Assembly (NCBI GenBank): GCA_029882975.1
Contig: JAOUJW010000017.1
Span: 6,250-70,249, forward strand
Reading direction: 5' to 3'
DNA length: 64,000 nucleotides
Source: Gammaproteobacteria bacterium
GTDB lineage: Bacteria > Pseudomonadota > Gammaproteobacteria > SZUA-152
The notes beneath the pieces are model-generated. The model was not told the DNA's origin and searched no databases. It saw nothing but the letters and a program-made list of their open reading frames with translations. Below, in pieces: positions 48,782 through 59,100 of the stretch. How positions within the stretch are numbered: position 1 is the stretch's first letter; each line of letters starts with the position of its first letter. The translations under genes were made by a program, and so were the position numbers.

Positions 48782-48894
48782 CATTGTTTTATATCAACAA
48801 ATCACCCATAACAACTCAACTCCTAAACAATTTTCTTACAATTTACCCCCAAATCCCGCTGCCGGCGTTTATAAGCAGGTCGGTGTGATTAATG
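48782..48894 (+). repeat. Left copy of a ~113-bp direct repeat (partner at 52472-52584, ~95% identical); weaker similarity extends ~35 bp further upstream
   Basis: cattgttttatatcaacaaatcacccataacaactcaactcctaaacaattttcttacaatttacccccaaatcccgctgccggcgtttataagcaggtcggtgtgattaatg aligns with 52472-52584 at about 5 mismatches. Confidence 0.8.
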
Positions 48895-48931
48895 GTACTG
48901 GGAAATTACTTTCCGTCCAAGCGTCGTCGAT

Positions 48932-49348
48932 GTGTTTTTATTGACCACATTCTCCCTACGGCTCATAATAGATCAAAATACTTCGGCTATGGCAGCCCGC
49001 AAGAATAATAAACAACAAAATAATAAATTGATTGGAAGTAGAATCATGTTCACGTCTATGGCTCAGGGGGTTCGTTATCTATCGTTATTCATAATCATTG
49101 CGTCTATCGCAGCCTGCGATGGCGGCGGTGGAGGTAATGATGGAGGCAACCAAAATCAAAACCAGGTCAATTATCCTCCGATAGCGGGATTTACTGCTGA
49201 TAACGACACGATTGAAGTTGGGCAAACGATTACGCTTGACGGCAGCAGCAGCGCCGATCAGGACGACGAGTTCCTAGAATACTCCTGGACGCTTAGCCAA
49301 AAACCACAAGGTAGTGTCGTTGGCACAAACCTGGGAACCATGATCTAA
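48932..49348 (+). pseudogene. Truncated PKD-domain lipoprotein gene (paralog of the N-terminus of the 41281-44049 gene)
   Basis: Lipobox (…IIIASIAACDGGGGGND) and the start of a PKD-like domain (…PPIAGFTADNDTIEVGQTITLDGSSSADQDDEFLEYSW…). The frame ends after about 110 residues; the full-length homolog is 900+ aa. Confidence 0.5.
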
Positions 49349-49351
49349 CCG

Positions 49352-50119
49352 CTAATGTCGACTGAAATATATCGCCTGAAATGGAAGAGTTACCACATCA
49401 AAAACGAATGCAAATGGGATTAGGACAGACCACAAAATCAAAGATGGATAGTTCTTTTCGTAGTGTGGCACTACATAACCGTAATTATTTTCCAAATCAA
49501 ACCCGTGTGGTAGATAGACTAGTATGCTTCCCAGGCCATCGACGTCATCTAAAAACGGTTGTATATTTTGCTTGTAGAAAACGCCATTATCGTCCTTGAA
49601 ATCATGATGATTGGTATCGCCGGAGTTTTTTATGGACAATGTGTCGTCCAAAGAAATTAACAAAAGGACAGGTATTTCGGTGTTGAAACTATATTTTGTC
49701 TTAGTGACAATCAGTTTGTTAAATCTGGTGTAGTAAACACCTTGATACACCTCGACTGGCATTGCACCCGAGATATATTCGCAAGGGGCGCTTTGTTTTA
49801 TGATCATAAAGCGATCTTGGTCTAGCTTGTATATTGGCAATTTGTCCAGCGTCACAGTTTGTCCATTGCGCTGTCTTGTATCAATTGGAGCAGTCACAGT
49901 CAATACGATGCCGTATGAGTGTGGATAGTTAAGACCAACACACATAATTAACTGGTCTTTTTTAATTGAAACCATATCTGTTTCTTTGATCTCATAACCG
50001 TACGCATTATCAATCTTTTTTTGAACGATATCTGTGGCGCAACCGCTTAATAAAATTAGCAGCAGGACTGAAAGTATACACCTTGTGAGTGCCCTATAAT
50101 TACCAGATGGTTTAACCAT
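49352..50119 (-). CDS. Hypothetical lipoprotein with C-terminal TM segment (AT-rich island)
   Basis: Lipobox LLILLSGCATD. 255 aa. Low GC. No family recognised. Confidence 0.45.
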   Translation of the reverse strand: MVKPSGNYRALTRCILSVLLLILLSGCATDIVQKKIDNAYGYEIKETDMVSIKKDQLIMCVGLNYPHSYGIVLTVTAPIDTRQRNGQTVTLDKLPIYKLDQDRFMIIKQSAPCEYISGAMPVEVYQGVYYTRFNKLIVTKTKYSFNTEIPVLLLISLDDTLSIKNSGDTNHHDFKDDNGVFYKQNIQPFLDDVDGLGSILVYLPHGFDLENNYGYVVPHYEKNYPSLILWSVLIPFAFVFDVVTLPFQAIYFSRH

Positions 50120-50191
50120 CCCAGACGTTCCGGGTTTGCATGAATACTAAATATAGTAGCACACAAATATTTTTACGCTATCGGGGAGTTA

Positions 50192-50279
50192 AACAAAATA
50201 GCAGCGAAACTAAACAACCGCCCAAGAAAAACACTAGGATCTGTAACGCCAGCTGATAGACTGGAAGCAGTGTTGCAGT
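50192..50279 (+). mobile_element. IS30-family transposase C-terminal remnant
   Basis: Translates to NKIAAKLNNRPRKTLGSVTPADRLEAVLQ*, matching the conserved C-terminal …LNNRPRK.LG..TP… tail of IS30 transposases. An in-frame stop lies immediately upstream, so only about 29 codons survive. Confidence 0.6.
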
Positions 50280-50329
50280 GACCGGTTGAATCCGCCTCTG
50301 TTAAAAATAGGAGGATTACCGAGGAGCTG

Positions 50330-50611
50330 AAACGTAATAAGAGTCGTAGTGAAGATATCGTTACACTACAAGCGTATAGCCAAGTATACAACTCTCATAG
50401 CCGAGTTATCATGAGGGAAGATTTACCGATTTTTTGTCGCCTTGCGAATCACGCTATTGAGCGACTCAATGGCGTTTGTCGTATAGATGATTTTCCGTAT
50501 TTCCTCAGGATAATCGTACAAGGCAATTAGGTTAGGCCAGTGTTCTCGCCATGACTTGGCTATAGCGGGGTATTTCGCATCCCAGGCGGCTGAAAAGCTC
50601 TCTAGTTCCAT
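50330..50611 (-). mobile_element. IS256-family (mutator-type) transposase C-terminal remnant with frameshift
   Basis: …WDAKYPAIAKSWREHWPNLIALYDYPEEIRKIIYTTNAIESLNSVIRKATKNR* then, in another frame, IFPHDNSAMRVVYLAI…, which matches the IS256 Tnp C-terminus. The N-terminal ~250 codons are absent (in-frame stop 7 codons upstream of the M). Confidence 0.65.
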
Positions 50612-51118
50612 TTCTGCCTCGGTTACGTTTTACACAATTGAAAGGTCTTAAATTGACAATGATAAACAAATAATACAGACGCCCACGTCCTTGGTGTGAT
50701 GGAAGCTGAAGTCCCAGACTAGTCATCTCCAGTTGGAACGATTGCTATCTAAGTTGAACGAAATATGTACAACCCCTTTGCAACTCGCCTCTTGATATGG
50801 TTTCACTATTCGCATTAACTACTTGATAATTAAAGGGTATGAATGGCGCATTTCCTACAGCATAGTACCGGCTAGATAGAAATTTCTTATGTTATAGGCT
50901 CCTGATAATCGTCTCATCATTTTACTCTTTATTTACATGATGGCTTAACAGATAATTTAAACAGTCATAGATCTTGGATAGAAATAAATGTATAAGAAAC
51001 AAAAGAATTTTCTCACAATTTCTCTCTTAGACTTAGTGATCACATCCGCCTCTTCAGAAAACGCTATTAGTAAGGGGCACTATAGTCGTAGTAATTTAAT
51101 TACTCCAATGAGGGCAAT

Positions 51119-52339
51119 ATGTGGTCCCGCATCTTATCTTTGATATGTTTTGTCATTGTTAGTGTATTTCCTACCCTGATAAATTACGATACTTTGGAAT
51201 TTCTTAAGCCGGAATGGTGGGATACGGTGCAGTATGCCGAAGCGTTCGCAGACAATGAAGAAATTATGACGCAATCGAAAGCAGCGGATGCACGCTTATA
51301 TTATAAACGGGCAATCCTTACCATCGAGGAATACCCAAACAACCATGAGCTTATTACTCAAGCATTGTATAGAGCACCTTTTAAACATGGTCTGACTAAA
51401 AATGAATCGGAGACACTAGCAGAGTACTACTTGGCTAACTACACCGGATGGCGAGGGACCCTGGCAGTCGTAAGTGCGCATACGGCTACCGAAGTTACTG
51501 CAAAATTGGTTCAGAGTTTATGTAAATCTGGGAGTACAGAAAAAGCATTATTTTATGTAAACAGTCTCATTTTGGAAAGAGGCCCAGAGATATATGATAG
51601 ACCCAAAATTAAGGTGTACGATGAGTTAGAACATTGTCTACGTAAGGAACCAAGTAATGCGGTGTACCTGTATTTGAGTGAGGCGATCAAGAAAATTGGG
51701 CCAGTTACTCGGCAGAATGACAAGGATGATCTATTATCATTAGCTCAAAAAGTTGCCACGTACGAAGTAGAAAGATGGATCGAAAGTCCATGTAAATTGT
51801 TAAGGATAAAGGGCCAGCGGAAATCAAGTGGCGACGCTATTGATAAACGAATTCAAATGTACGAACGCGACAAATCTTGGAGTATGCATTTACTTGCGAT
51901 CATGGATGCGATTATCTATGAGACCGATTTATCCATTTTGAGCGCAAAAAATATTCTTGAAAGGAGATTTTACAGCAACAAAATGCCTGATTGGGAATTA
52001 CGTGATTCTTTTAATAATTTGCTCAAAAACATGGCATGCACGAAGAATCTAGAGCTAGTGAAATTACTTGTCCAGTATTTTTACGACAACGAAAGCCATG
52101 CCAAAAAAGAAGATCAAATTAATTTGGTAATCAGAAAACTGTATCCAGAGAAAGCGAAGTATAAACGGTCCACGAGGATAAGGTATCGCGGAAGTAAAAA
52201 TATGGCGGAAGTTAGACTTCATTATTATGCAGGTCCATTAGATGCCCATGGTGAAACCATTTTATTGGAAGAATTCGAATTCAACGGAAAAACGTATTGG
52301 TTCCCTATTGCAGCAAAGAAGAGAAAGTGGATTTCTTGA
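51119..52339 (+). CDS. Hypothetical protein (406 aa), N-terminal signal/anchor, helical, low GC
   Basis: MWSRILSLICFVIVSVFPTL… hydrophobic N-terminus. No recognisable motifs. Lies in the AT-rich segment between the two 113-bp repeats. Confidence 0.5.
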   Translation: MWSRILSLICFVIVSVFPTLINYDTLEFLKPEWWDTVQYAEAFADNEEIMTQSKAADARLYYKRAILTIEEYPNNHELITQALYRAPFKHGLTKNESETLAEYYLANYTGWRGTLAVVSAHTATEVTAKLVQSLCKSGSTEKALFYVNSLILERGPEIYDRPKIKVYDELEHCLRKEPSNAVYLYLSEAIKKIGPVTRQNDKDDLLSLAQKVATYEVERWIESPCKLLRIKGQRKSSGDAIDKRIQMYERDKSWSMHLLAIMDAIIYETDLSILSAKNILERRFYSNKMPDWELRDSFNNLLKNMACTKNLELVKLLVQYFYDNESHAKKEDQINLVIRKLYPEKAKYKRSTRIRYRGSKNMAEVRLHYYAGPLDAHGETILLEEFEFNGKTYWFPIAAKKRKWIS

Positions 52340-52471
52340 AAACCCAATCAAGTGATCAAATTGTGGTAATACACGTCAAATTTTAGCAAAGATGGCGAGC
52401 CTCCAATAACTTTATACCTACAGGTAACCCACTCCTGAGCCAAATACTACCCCCTACCCCGCTCTTCATCC

Positions 52472-52584
52472 CATTGTTTTATATCAATAAATCACCCATA
52501 ACAACTCAATTCCTAAACAATTTTCTTACCATTTAACCCCAAATCCCGCTTCCGGCGTTTATAAGCAGGTCGGTGTGATTAATG
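52472..52584 (+). repeat. Right copy of the ~113-bp direct repeat, ~130 bp upstream of the ECF sigma gene
   Basis: See 48782-48894. Confidence 0.8.
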
Positions 52585-52714
52585 CTTTATAAGCAAATTG
52601 CACCCCTTTTGAAACCTTTTGCCGTCACCCGTGTATTAGCTAGTAAACCGGTGAGAAAAACTGTGACTACACTGTGAAAAAACGACGACTAAAACCATCA
52701 GGAGCCACAAGTCA

Positions 52715-53314
52715 GTGAGCGGATTTGAAGAGCATTCCTTGCCAGATCAGATGCTTGAAATTGAGCAGCGCTCCTGGCTACCGCGCCACGTCAGAGGTGA
52801 CAAAAAGGCTTTTGAGAAGCTGGTGCGAACCTATGAGCAACCCATATTCAGTTATTTGGTGCGTTGTGGTTTGAACCGGCAAACCAGAGAGGATTTGTTT
52901 CAGGAAATTTTTATGCGCATCCATCGTGCAGCCGACACCTATCAACCCCATCGCCCCTTACGTCCCTGGTTATTTACCATCAGCGCCAATGTGGTGCGCA
53001 ATTATTTTCGCAGTCATAAGTTCAACGAAGTGGCAGAAACCGACATTGAATCCCAGCAACCGGAACTGGATGAAACACTGGCGGTATGCGAAGCGTTGGA
53101 ATGGCTGGAACAGGCCATACCCAAACTGCTGCCATTCGGCCAGGCCGAAGTACTGATTCTCACCACGGTAAACGGCTTACAGCAACAGGATGTGGCCGAC
53201 ATTCTGGACATGCCTTTAAATACAGTCAAAACCCAGCTTAGCCGGGCCCGCAAAACGCTGACGCAGGCCTGGTTGCAACGACAGGGTCAACTGCCCCAAG
53301 GAGACACGCCATGA
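52715..53314 (+). CDS. ECF-subfamily sigma-70 factor
   Basis: 199 aa. Region 2 …LFQEIFMRIHRAADTYQPHRPLRPWLFTISANVVRNYFR…. Region 4 HTH …QAEVLILTTVNGLQQQDVADILDMPLNTVKTQLSRARKTL…. Confidence 0.85.
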   Translation: MSGFEEHSLPDQMLEIEQRSWLPRHVRGDKKAFEKLVRTYEQPIFSYLVRCGLNRQTREDLFQEIFMRIHRAADTYQPHRPLRPWLFTISANVVRNYFRSHKFNEVAETDIESQQPELDETLAVCEALEWLEQAIPKLLPFGQAEVLILTTVNGLQQQDVADILDMPLNTVKTQLSRARKTLTQAWLQRQGQLPQGDTP

Positions 53315-56106
53315 TTAGCTGCGCAGAGGTTCAAGCGGCCTTGGATGCCAGTGGGGTGCAACAGGTGGACGACACCCCCCATTTACGCAAACACATCGAC
53401 CAATGTGAAGCCTGTAGCGCCTACCGCTACGCTTCATTAACGCTGGATGTGCAACTGGCCAGTTTGAAAGAACATGCCGCCCCCAAAAAGCTGCTACAAC
53501 AAGTCATCAACTCGTGCGACCAAAGTGCCAAATCCAAACCCAAATTCAAACCCAAACCCAAACCCAAGCCCAATCGAAAGTGGTTGTTTCCCCTTGGCCC
53601 GTTTTCGAAAACAGCTTATGCGGCGGCGGCCGCATTCGCCATTGTGGTTTTTTTGATTGTACCCACGGTTATGTATAAACCCAGCACGGATATGTATAGC
53701 CTGGGCACCGGTGCAAGCGATGGACAAACGGTCGATCTTTCCGGTGAAACTCTGGCCGGTTTGGACTCACGCCAAAACAGCCCTCTACCCGCCGGGGCCG
53801 AAGAAATCGACAAAGAATCCCGATTAAAAGCAGAAAAAAACCAATATGCCCGGGAAAGCACGGTATTGGAACAACGCTTCAGCGAAGATAAAGCTTTGAA
53901 AAAATTTAAAGCCAAACCGAAACCAAAAAAACTCTTAAGCAACACCCTGGAAAGCACCTCGACAGCCGATGCTACGGATGCCCTAAGTCAAAAGGGCGCT
54001 GAGTTCTATAGGGAAGAAGCAGACGAAGTCATGGCAGAGAGTAAACCCGTATTAGCTAATCGATCGACAGCCCTGAACAGCAAACAGGATTTTGGACAAG
54101 CGGATTCGGGAAAAGATTCATCCGCGCCCTTGCAACTGCTATCGCCACCACCGCAATCAGCTATGGTCGCTGAAGAGGAAATGCAATTGCATGATGACTT
54201 CAATGCCGAAAGTGGCCGTCGTCGCCAAGTGGCTGGTTTGGTCATGAGAGACCCCATTAAAAACGAACAACAACGTTTTCAAAAGTCTGTTAAAAAACCG
54301 GCAAAATCCCGGTTGTATGGTGAAAAACGAAATCAGAGACCAGAGCGTGCTAACAGCGCAGAGCGAGATAAAGCCATTGATGCTCCAGAGCAAATAGCCC
54401 GCCTGGAAATGGCTGATCAGAGCAAAAGAGGCTTACTAGCGGAACCCGAGGAAATCATGCTGCCGGAAACGATGGAATTCTCTGACATCAGCGCACCCAT
54501 TCGACAAAAGGCCCAGCAATTCTTCAGCGAACTGCAGTCCCTGAAAAACATCCGCTATCAATCCGCTCAGGGCTACTGGCGCAATACCTATATACCCGGT
54601 GATCCGGCCATGCGTTTATTACACAAACGCCTCAATGCCTGGGACCGACAACAAGCACAACAACTACTGCGTAGCAACATCACCATGGATCAATTGGCAC
54701 ATCAGTATATGCAACCTTTTGATCCACCCAGCCGCTCTGCTTTAGCGGTGTATCTACACAGTGACCACGCAGCCATCAATGACGAACCCACACGTTTGCG
54801 CTTGCAAGTGGGAATTCAAGCGAGTGAGCGCTTAAGCGGCCATCGTTCCGCCTTGAATATCGGCATTATCCTGGATCTTAAAGACTCAGTCGGTAAAGAC
54901 CAATGGAATCAAATTCGGGCTTTTATCGATACCTTAAAATCGCTAAAACAACCCGGCGATCATTTCTCCATAACCGTTACGGGCAAACACGGTGGACTGT
55001 GGGTCGATTCCAACAACTTTCGCCACGGCCCGATTCATTTGGCCTTCGAAAAACTGCGATCACGACATCAGTTGCCTGACAGTGAAAAAACAAAAGGCGC
55101 GCCTCAGTATCTCAGCTTAAAGGACGCGATTTCACAAACGTCTGAGTCTATGCGCTTGCACGACGACCCCAGCAGTACTTTGGGGTCAAGCCGCATTCTG
55201 TTAATCAGCAACAATCAACAATGGGATAATCTGCACCGTTTAGAACAACAAGTGCACCAAAATGCGGTGGCCGGGATTACCTTAAGTGTGGTTGCGTTGA
55301 ATCGCGATTTCGAGCAGGTAGATAAACTGGTATTAGCCGGTCAAGGCAATCGCTGGCTGGTCAACAATCTGGAAACAGCCAAACAAGCGGCACAAAAAGA
55401 ATTGTTGTCGTCCAGTCGCGCCGTGGCCCGGGCCGTGCGTTTAAAAATTCGCCTGGCTAAAAACGTCAAACTCATTAGAGTGATCGATTCTGAAAAACTG
55501 TCGAGCCAACGGGCGCAAAGAGTGCGTGAAGCCGAACAAAGTATTGATCAACGGTTATCCCGCAACCTGGGTATTACGGCGGATCGAGGCAAAGATGACG
55601 ACGGTATTCAAATTGTCATCCCCCATTTTTACGCGGGTGATTCCCATGTCATTCTGTTGGACGTTGTGGCCTCCGGCCCCGGTGATATCGCCGATGTCTC
55701 CGTAAAATACAAAGACCTCTTATATATGCGCAACGGTAACGCTCAGGCCCAACTGCGATTAAAACAAGGCCATACCGCCAGAGGCCCGATGCAATATAAA
55801 GTGATCAAAAACCTGCTAGCCAGCCGTTTGTCTGCCGCGATCAAACAAGCCCGTTCACAGGTATCTCTAGGGCAATTGAGCCTAGCCACTGAAGAGTTAC
55901 GCCAACTGCGCGAGCTCTACGAAGAGCTGCGCCTACAGGTGTCCAGCTGGCACAACGATCCGGAGATCCTGGCCGACATCCAACTGTTAGACCAATTTAT
56001 AGTAGTACTGAATTCACCCTTGTACAGCGACAACCACCAACGCCGTTTTGTCTTGGACGCGTTGGAGTACAGCGGTTGGAGAAAAACGGTAAGCCAACAT
56101 GAATAA
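53311..56106 (+). CDS. Anti-sigma factor: zinc-finger (ZAS-like) N-terminus, single TM, and large periplasmic region with a possible vWA-like fold
   Basis: ATGA overlap with the sigma gene. …HLRKHIDQCEACSAYRY… (HxxxCxxC anti-sigma motif). KP-dipeptide repeat. TM AAAAFAIVVFLIVPTVMY. A periplasmic stretch …LNIGIILDLKDSVGKDQW…ILLISNNQ… has the alternating beta/alpha pattern of a vWA (Rossmann-like) fold. The MIDAS motif is degenerate (DLKDS instead of DxSxS). Confidence 0.65.
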   Translation: MISCAEVQAALDASGVQQVDDTPHLRKHIDQCEACSAYRYASLTLDVQLASLKEHAAPKKLLQQVINSCDQSAKSKPKFKPKPKPKPNRKWLFPLGPFSKTAYAAAAAFAIVVFLIVPTVMYKPSTDMYSLGTGASDGQTVDLSGETLAGLDSRQNSPLPAGAEEIDKESRLKAEKNQYARESTVLEQRFSEDKALKKFKAKPKPKKLLSNTLESTSTADATDALSQKGAEFYREEADEVMAESKPVLANRSTALNSKQDFGQADSGKDSSAPLQLLSPPPQSAMVAEEEMQLHDDFNAESGRRRQVAGLVMRDPIKNEQQRFQKSVKKPAKSRLYGEKRNQRPERANSAERDKAIDAPEQIARLEMADQSKRGLLAEPEEIMLPETMEFSDISAPIRQKAQQFFSELQSLKNIRYQSAQGYWRNTYIPGDPAMRLLHKRLNAWDRQQAQQLLRSNITMDQLAHQYMQPFDPPSRSALAVYLHSDHAAINDEPTRLRLQVGIQASERLSGHRSALNIGIILDLKDSVGKDQWNQIRAFIDTLKSLKQPGDHFSITVTGKHGGLWVDSNNFRHGPIHLAFEKLRSRHQLPDSEKTKGAPQYLSLKDAISQTSESMRLHDDPSSTLGSSRILLISNNQQWDNLHRLEQQVHQNAVAGITLSVVALNRDFEQVDKLVLAGQGNRWLVNNLETAKQAAQKELLSSSRAVARAVRLKIRLAKNVKLIRVIDSEKLSSQRAQRVREAEQSIDQRLSRNLGITADRGKDDDGIQIVIPHFYAGDSHVILLDVVASGPGDIADVSVKYKDLLYMRNGNAQAQLRLKQGHTARGPMQYKVIKNLLASRLSAAIKQARSQVSLGQLSLATEELRQLRELYEELRLQVSSWHNDPEILADIQLLDQFIVVLNSPLYSDNHQRRFVLDALEYSGWRKTVSQHE

Positions 56107-59100
56107 ACCGATGTGGAGAACCCCAATGAAACAGGTATTGATTACTTTCCTACTGGCCCTACTGTTGCTACCCATAGCTGCTATGGCCAAATCCGTGAGC
56201 CCCGTTGGCACGCCACCGGCAAGCGACAACGGCGATGTCCGGGTACCATTGGCGGTTTATCAACAGCTGGTGGAAGCCGCCAGTCAAAAACCACAACCGG
56301 CTCCGGCTTCTTATGCCATTGGCAATGCCAAAGTAAAGGTGAGTATCAAAGATCTGGGGGAACACACCACCGCCACGGTTACGGTGACCGCCGAGATTAA
56401 AACCTTTGAAGACCAGTGGACCCTGGTGCCTATACTGCCTCACGGCGCTGCATTGACGGAAACCCTTATTAACAATCATGCGGTGCAACTGGTCCAGGGC
56501 GCTCAATGGCTTTCTTGGGGAACAAAAAAAGCGGGCACGGCGGCGCTCAAACTGGTTTATCATATCGATGCGTCGCGATCAGAGAACGGCTATGTTTTAC
56601 CATTAACGGTGCCCAGTGCCGCAGCGACCCAGTTAGAGCTGTTATTCCCTGGTGAAAAACCCGATTTGGCTATCATTCCATCCGCGGACAGTCGCAGTAC
56701 GGCGTTTGGTGGCGGTACTAAGTTTACCGCCAGCATCCCCGCCACGTCCTCTGTATTGGTGTCCTGGCGCATACCATCAAAACAGAACTACGCCATCAGT
56801 CGGGCTTTTTATCAGGGAGAATTAAAAAAATCGGCGATTACCTGGACCACCGACTTTGATGTGGAGGTGTTCTCGGGAGAATCCGTTAAACTCAAGCTCA
56901 TGCCCAGCCATGTCACACTAAGTGGTGCCCGCATTAACAAAAAGCAAGCGACATTACTGGAAGAGGACGGCTATTTTGCCGTGATCATTAAAGGTCGTGG
57001 CAAATACAGCATACAAACTTCTTTTCAAACCTCGGTAAAACAGGAACAAGGTCCCCCGATCACCACTTTGAATATTCCCCGGGTACCGGTCTCCCGTTTT
57101 GAGCTGACATTGCCCGGTAAAAAGCAACTCACGGTGACACCGGAAACCCACGTGGACAGCAAAACCAAAAACAATAAAACCATCGCCAACGTCTACATCC
57201 CAATGCGCGACAATGTCAGCTTTTCCTGGTTAGACGCCATCCCGGAAGAGCAAAGAGTAAAAGTACGTGCCAACGCCAATATTTATCATGCGATTCACGC
57301 CGAAGAAGGCGTATTACACGTCAACAGTCTGATGGATTTTAATGTCACCCACGGTGAAGCAACGACTTTCTCCTTTGATGTTCCCAATACGGTGCAAGTC
57401 AATCGAGTATCCTCCGGCTCCGGTGGTGTATCCGATTGGACCGAAAAACCCAATAAAGGCGCCAAGGGCAAACGCATACAGGTTTTTCTGGATCGTGCGG
57501 TTAAGGGCCGGTTTGTACTGGATGTGAACTATGAGTCTTTGTTGAAAAACAAAGGTGAGCAATCCATACACGTGCCCCTTATCCACGCGACCGATATGCA
57601 CCGGCAACGGGGTATGGTAGCACTATTGGCCGGAACGGAACTGGCATTAAAACCCATAACGGAAAATAATATATCCCGTGTGGGTGAAAACCAGTTACCC
57701 GGTTTTGTTAAAAACAGTATTCAGATGGGTATTCTACACACGTATAAATACACCAGTGACAAACCGCAATTATTAGTGCAAGCTGTCGCCCCGGAACGAA
57801 AACAGGGTAAATTTGATGCCCAAGTAGATACACTATTTTCAATCGGCGAAGTCACGGTAAAAGGGAACGCCACTGTGCAACTTGATGTGAAGTCCGGGAG
57901 CACCGCCAAACTGGTTCTGAACCTGCCATTGGGGGTTAACCTGCTCTCTGTTGCCGGGCCTTCACTGCGCTCTTATGACGTTAAACCCGGTGACACGGCA
58001 CAAACTATACAGATTGAGTTTACCCAGCCCATGGAAGGCCAGTTTCGTCTTGAAGTGAATTACGAGCAAATCATGAAAGACGGAATAGACGAATTGGCGG
58101 TACCCACTCTGGGTGTTGAAGGCGCTGAGGTGGAGCATGGACGTCTTGCCGTGGAAGCCCTTACCGCGGTGGAAGTACAAACGTCCAAGTTTACGCAACT
58201 CACCACAGTTGATATTAATGAACTACCGCAACAATTGGTTTTAAAAACCACCAACCCCATATTGCTGGCGTTTAAATATGTGCATGCCAAGCCACCTTAT
58301 GAATTGAGTTTAAAAATCACCCGGCATAAGGAAATACTGGTCCAGGAAGCATCCATAGAAACCGCAGAATACCAAAGTCTGGTTACCAACGACGGCTTGG
58401 TGGTTACCACGGCCAAGTACCTGGTTCGCAATAGTCGACGCCAGTTCCTGCGTTTGAGTTTACCGGCCGAATCCGAAGTGTGGTCCGTATTCGTCGATAA
58501 CCAGGCGGAAAAACCCGCCAGTGCCAGCGAAGACAGTAACGGCATTTTGATTAAAATGATCAATTCCACCAGTGGATTTCCAGTGGAAATCGTCTATGCA
58601 ACACCCATATCCAAACTCAGCATGATGGGTTCCATAGGCACACACCTGCCACTGCCGGATATGGTCGTGACCAAAACCCATTGGAATGTGTTTGTACCCT
58701 TCGGCCCCGACTATGTTGATGTGGAATCCAATATGGATATCATCGCAAGAAACGCCAGAGCCAATCCCAGGGACATGACCATGCATCAAAGCGGTCAGGC
58801 AAACAAAAATCAAGCCGGTGCTTTTAAGGTAAACGTACCAACACAGGGTATTCGTTTCGAGTTTGCGAAACTCTATGCCAACAAATCACAAACGCCTGCC
58901 TTTTTCACTATTCGTTACACATCCGTAGAAGGAAAAACTCTTGGTATTTGGGTCAGTATCATTGGTGTTTTGCTCATTTGGCTGGCCATCTTTTTAATCA
59001 AATTTCCCTCTGAAAAACTTGCGGAACAAAACAGACACAAAGCCAGTTGGTGGGTATTAGGTAGCGGGTTCGCCTTGGTGTTGCTGTCCATCGGCTACCT

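Noticed and set aside
50173-50611. An intact transposase gene in the AT-rich island
   Set aside because: Only about 29 codons of an IS30-type tail and about 90 codons of an IS256-type tail (with a frameshift) remain. There are no terminal inverted repeats and no full-length frames.
48782-52584. The 113-bp direct repeats, the 25-bp repeats at 32.3/32.9 kb and the 15-bp tandems as a possible CRISPR array
   Set aside because: There are only two copies of each long repeat, separated by kilobases of coding DNA. The short tandems have no spacers. No cas genes are present.
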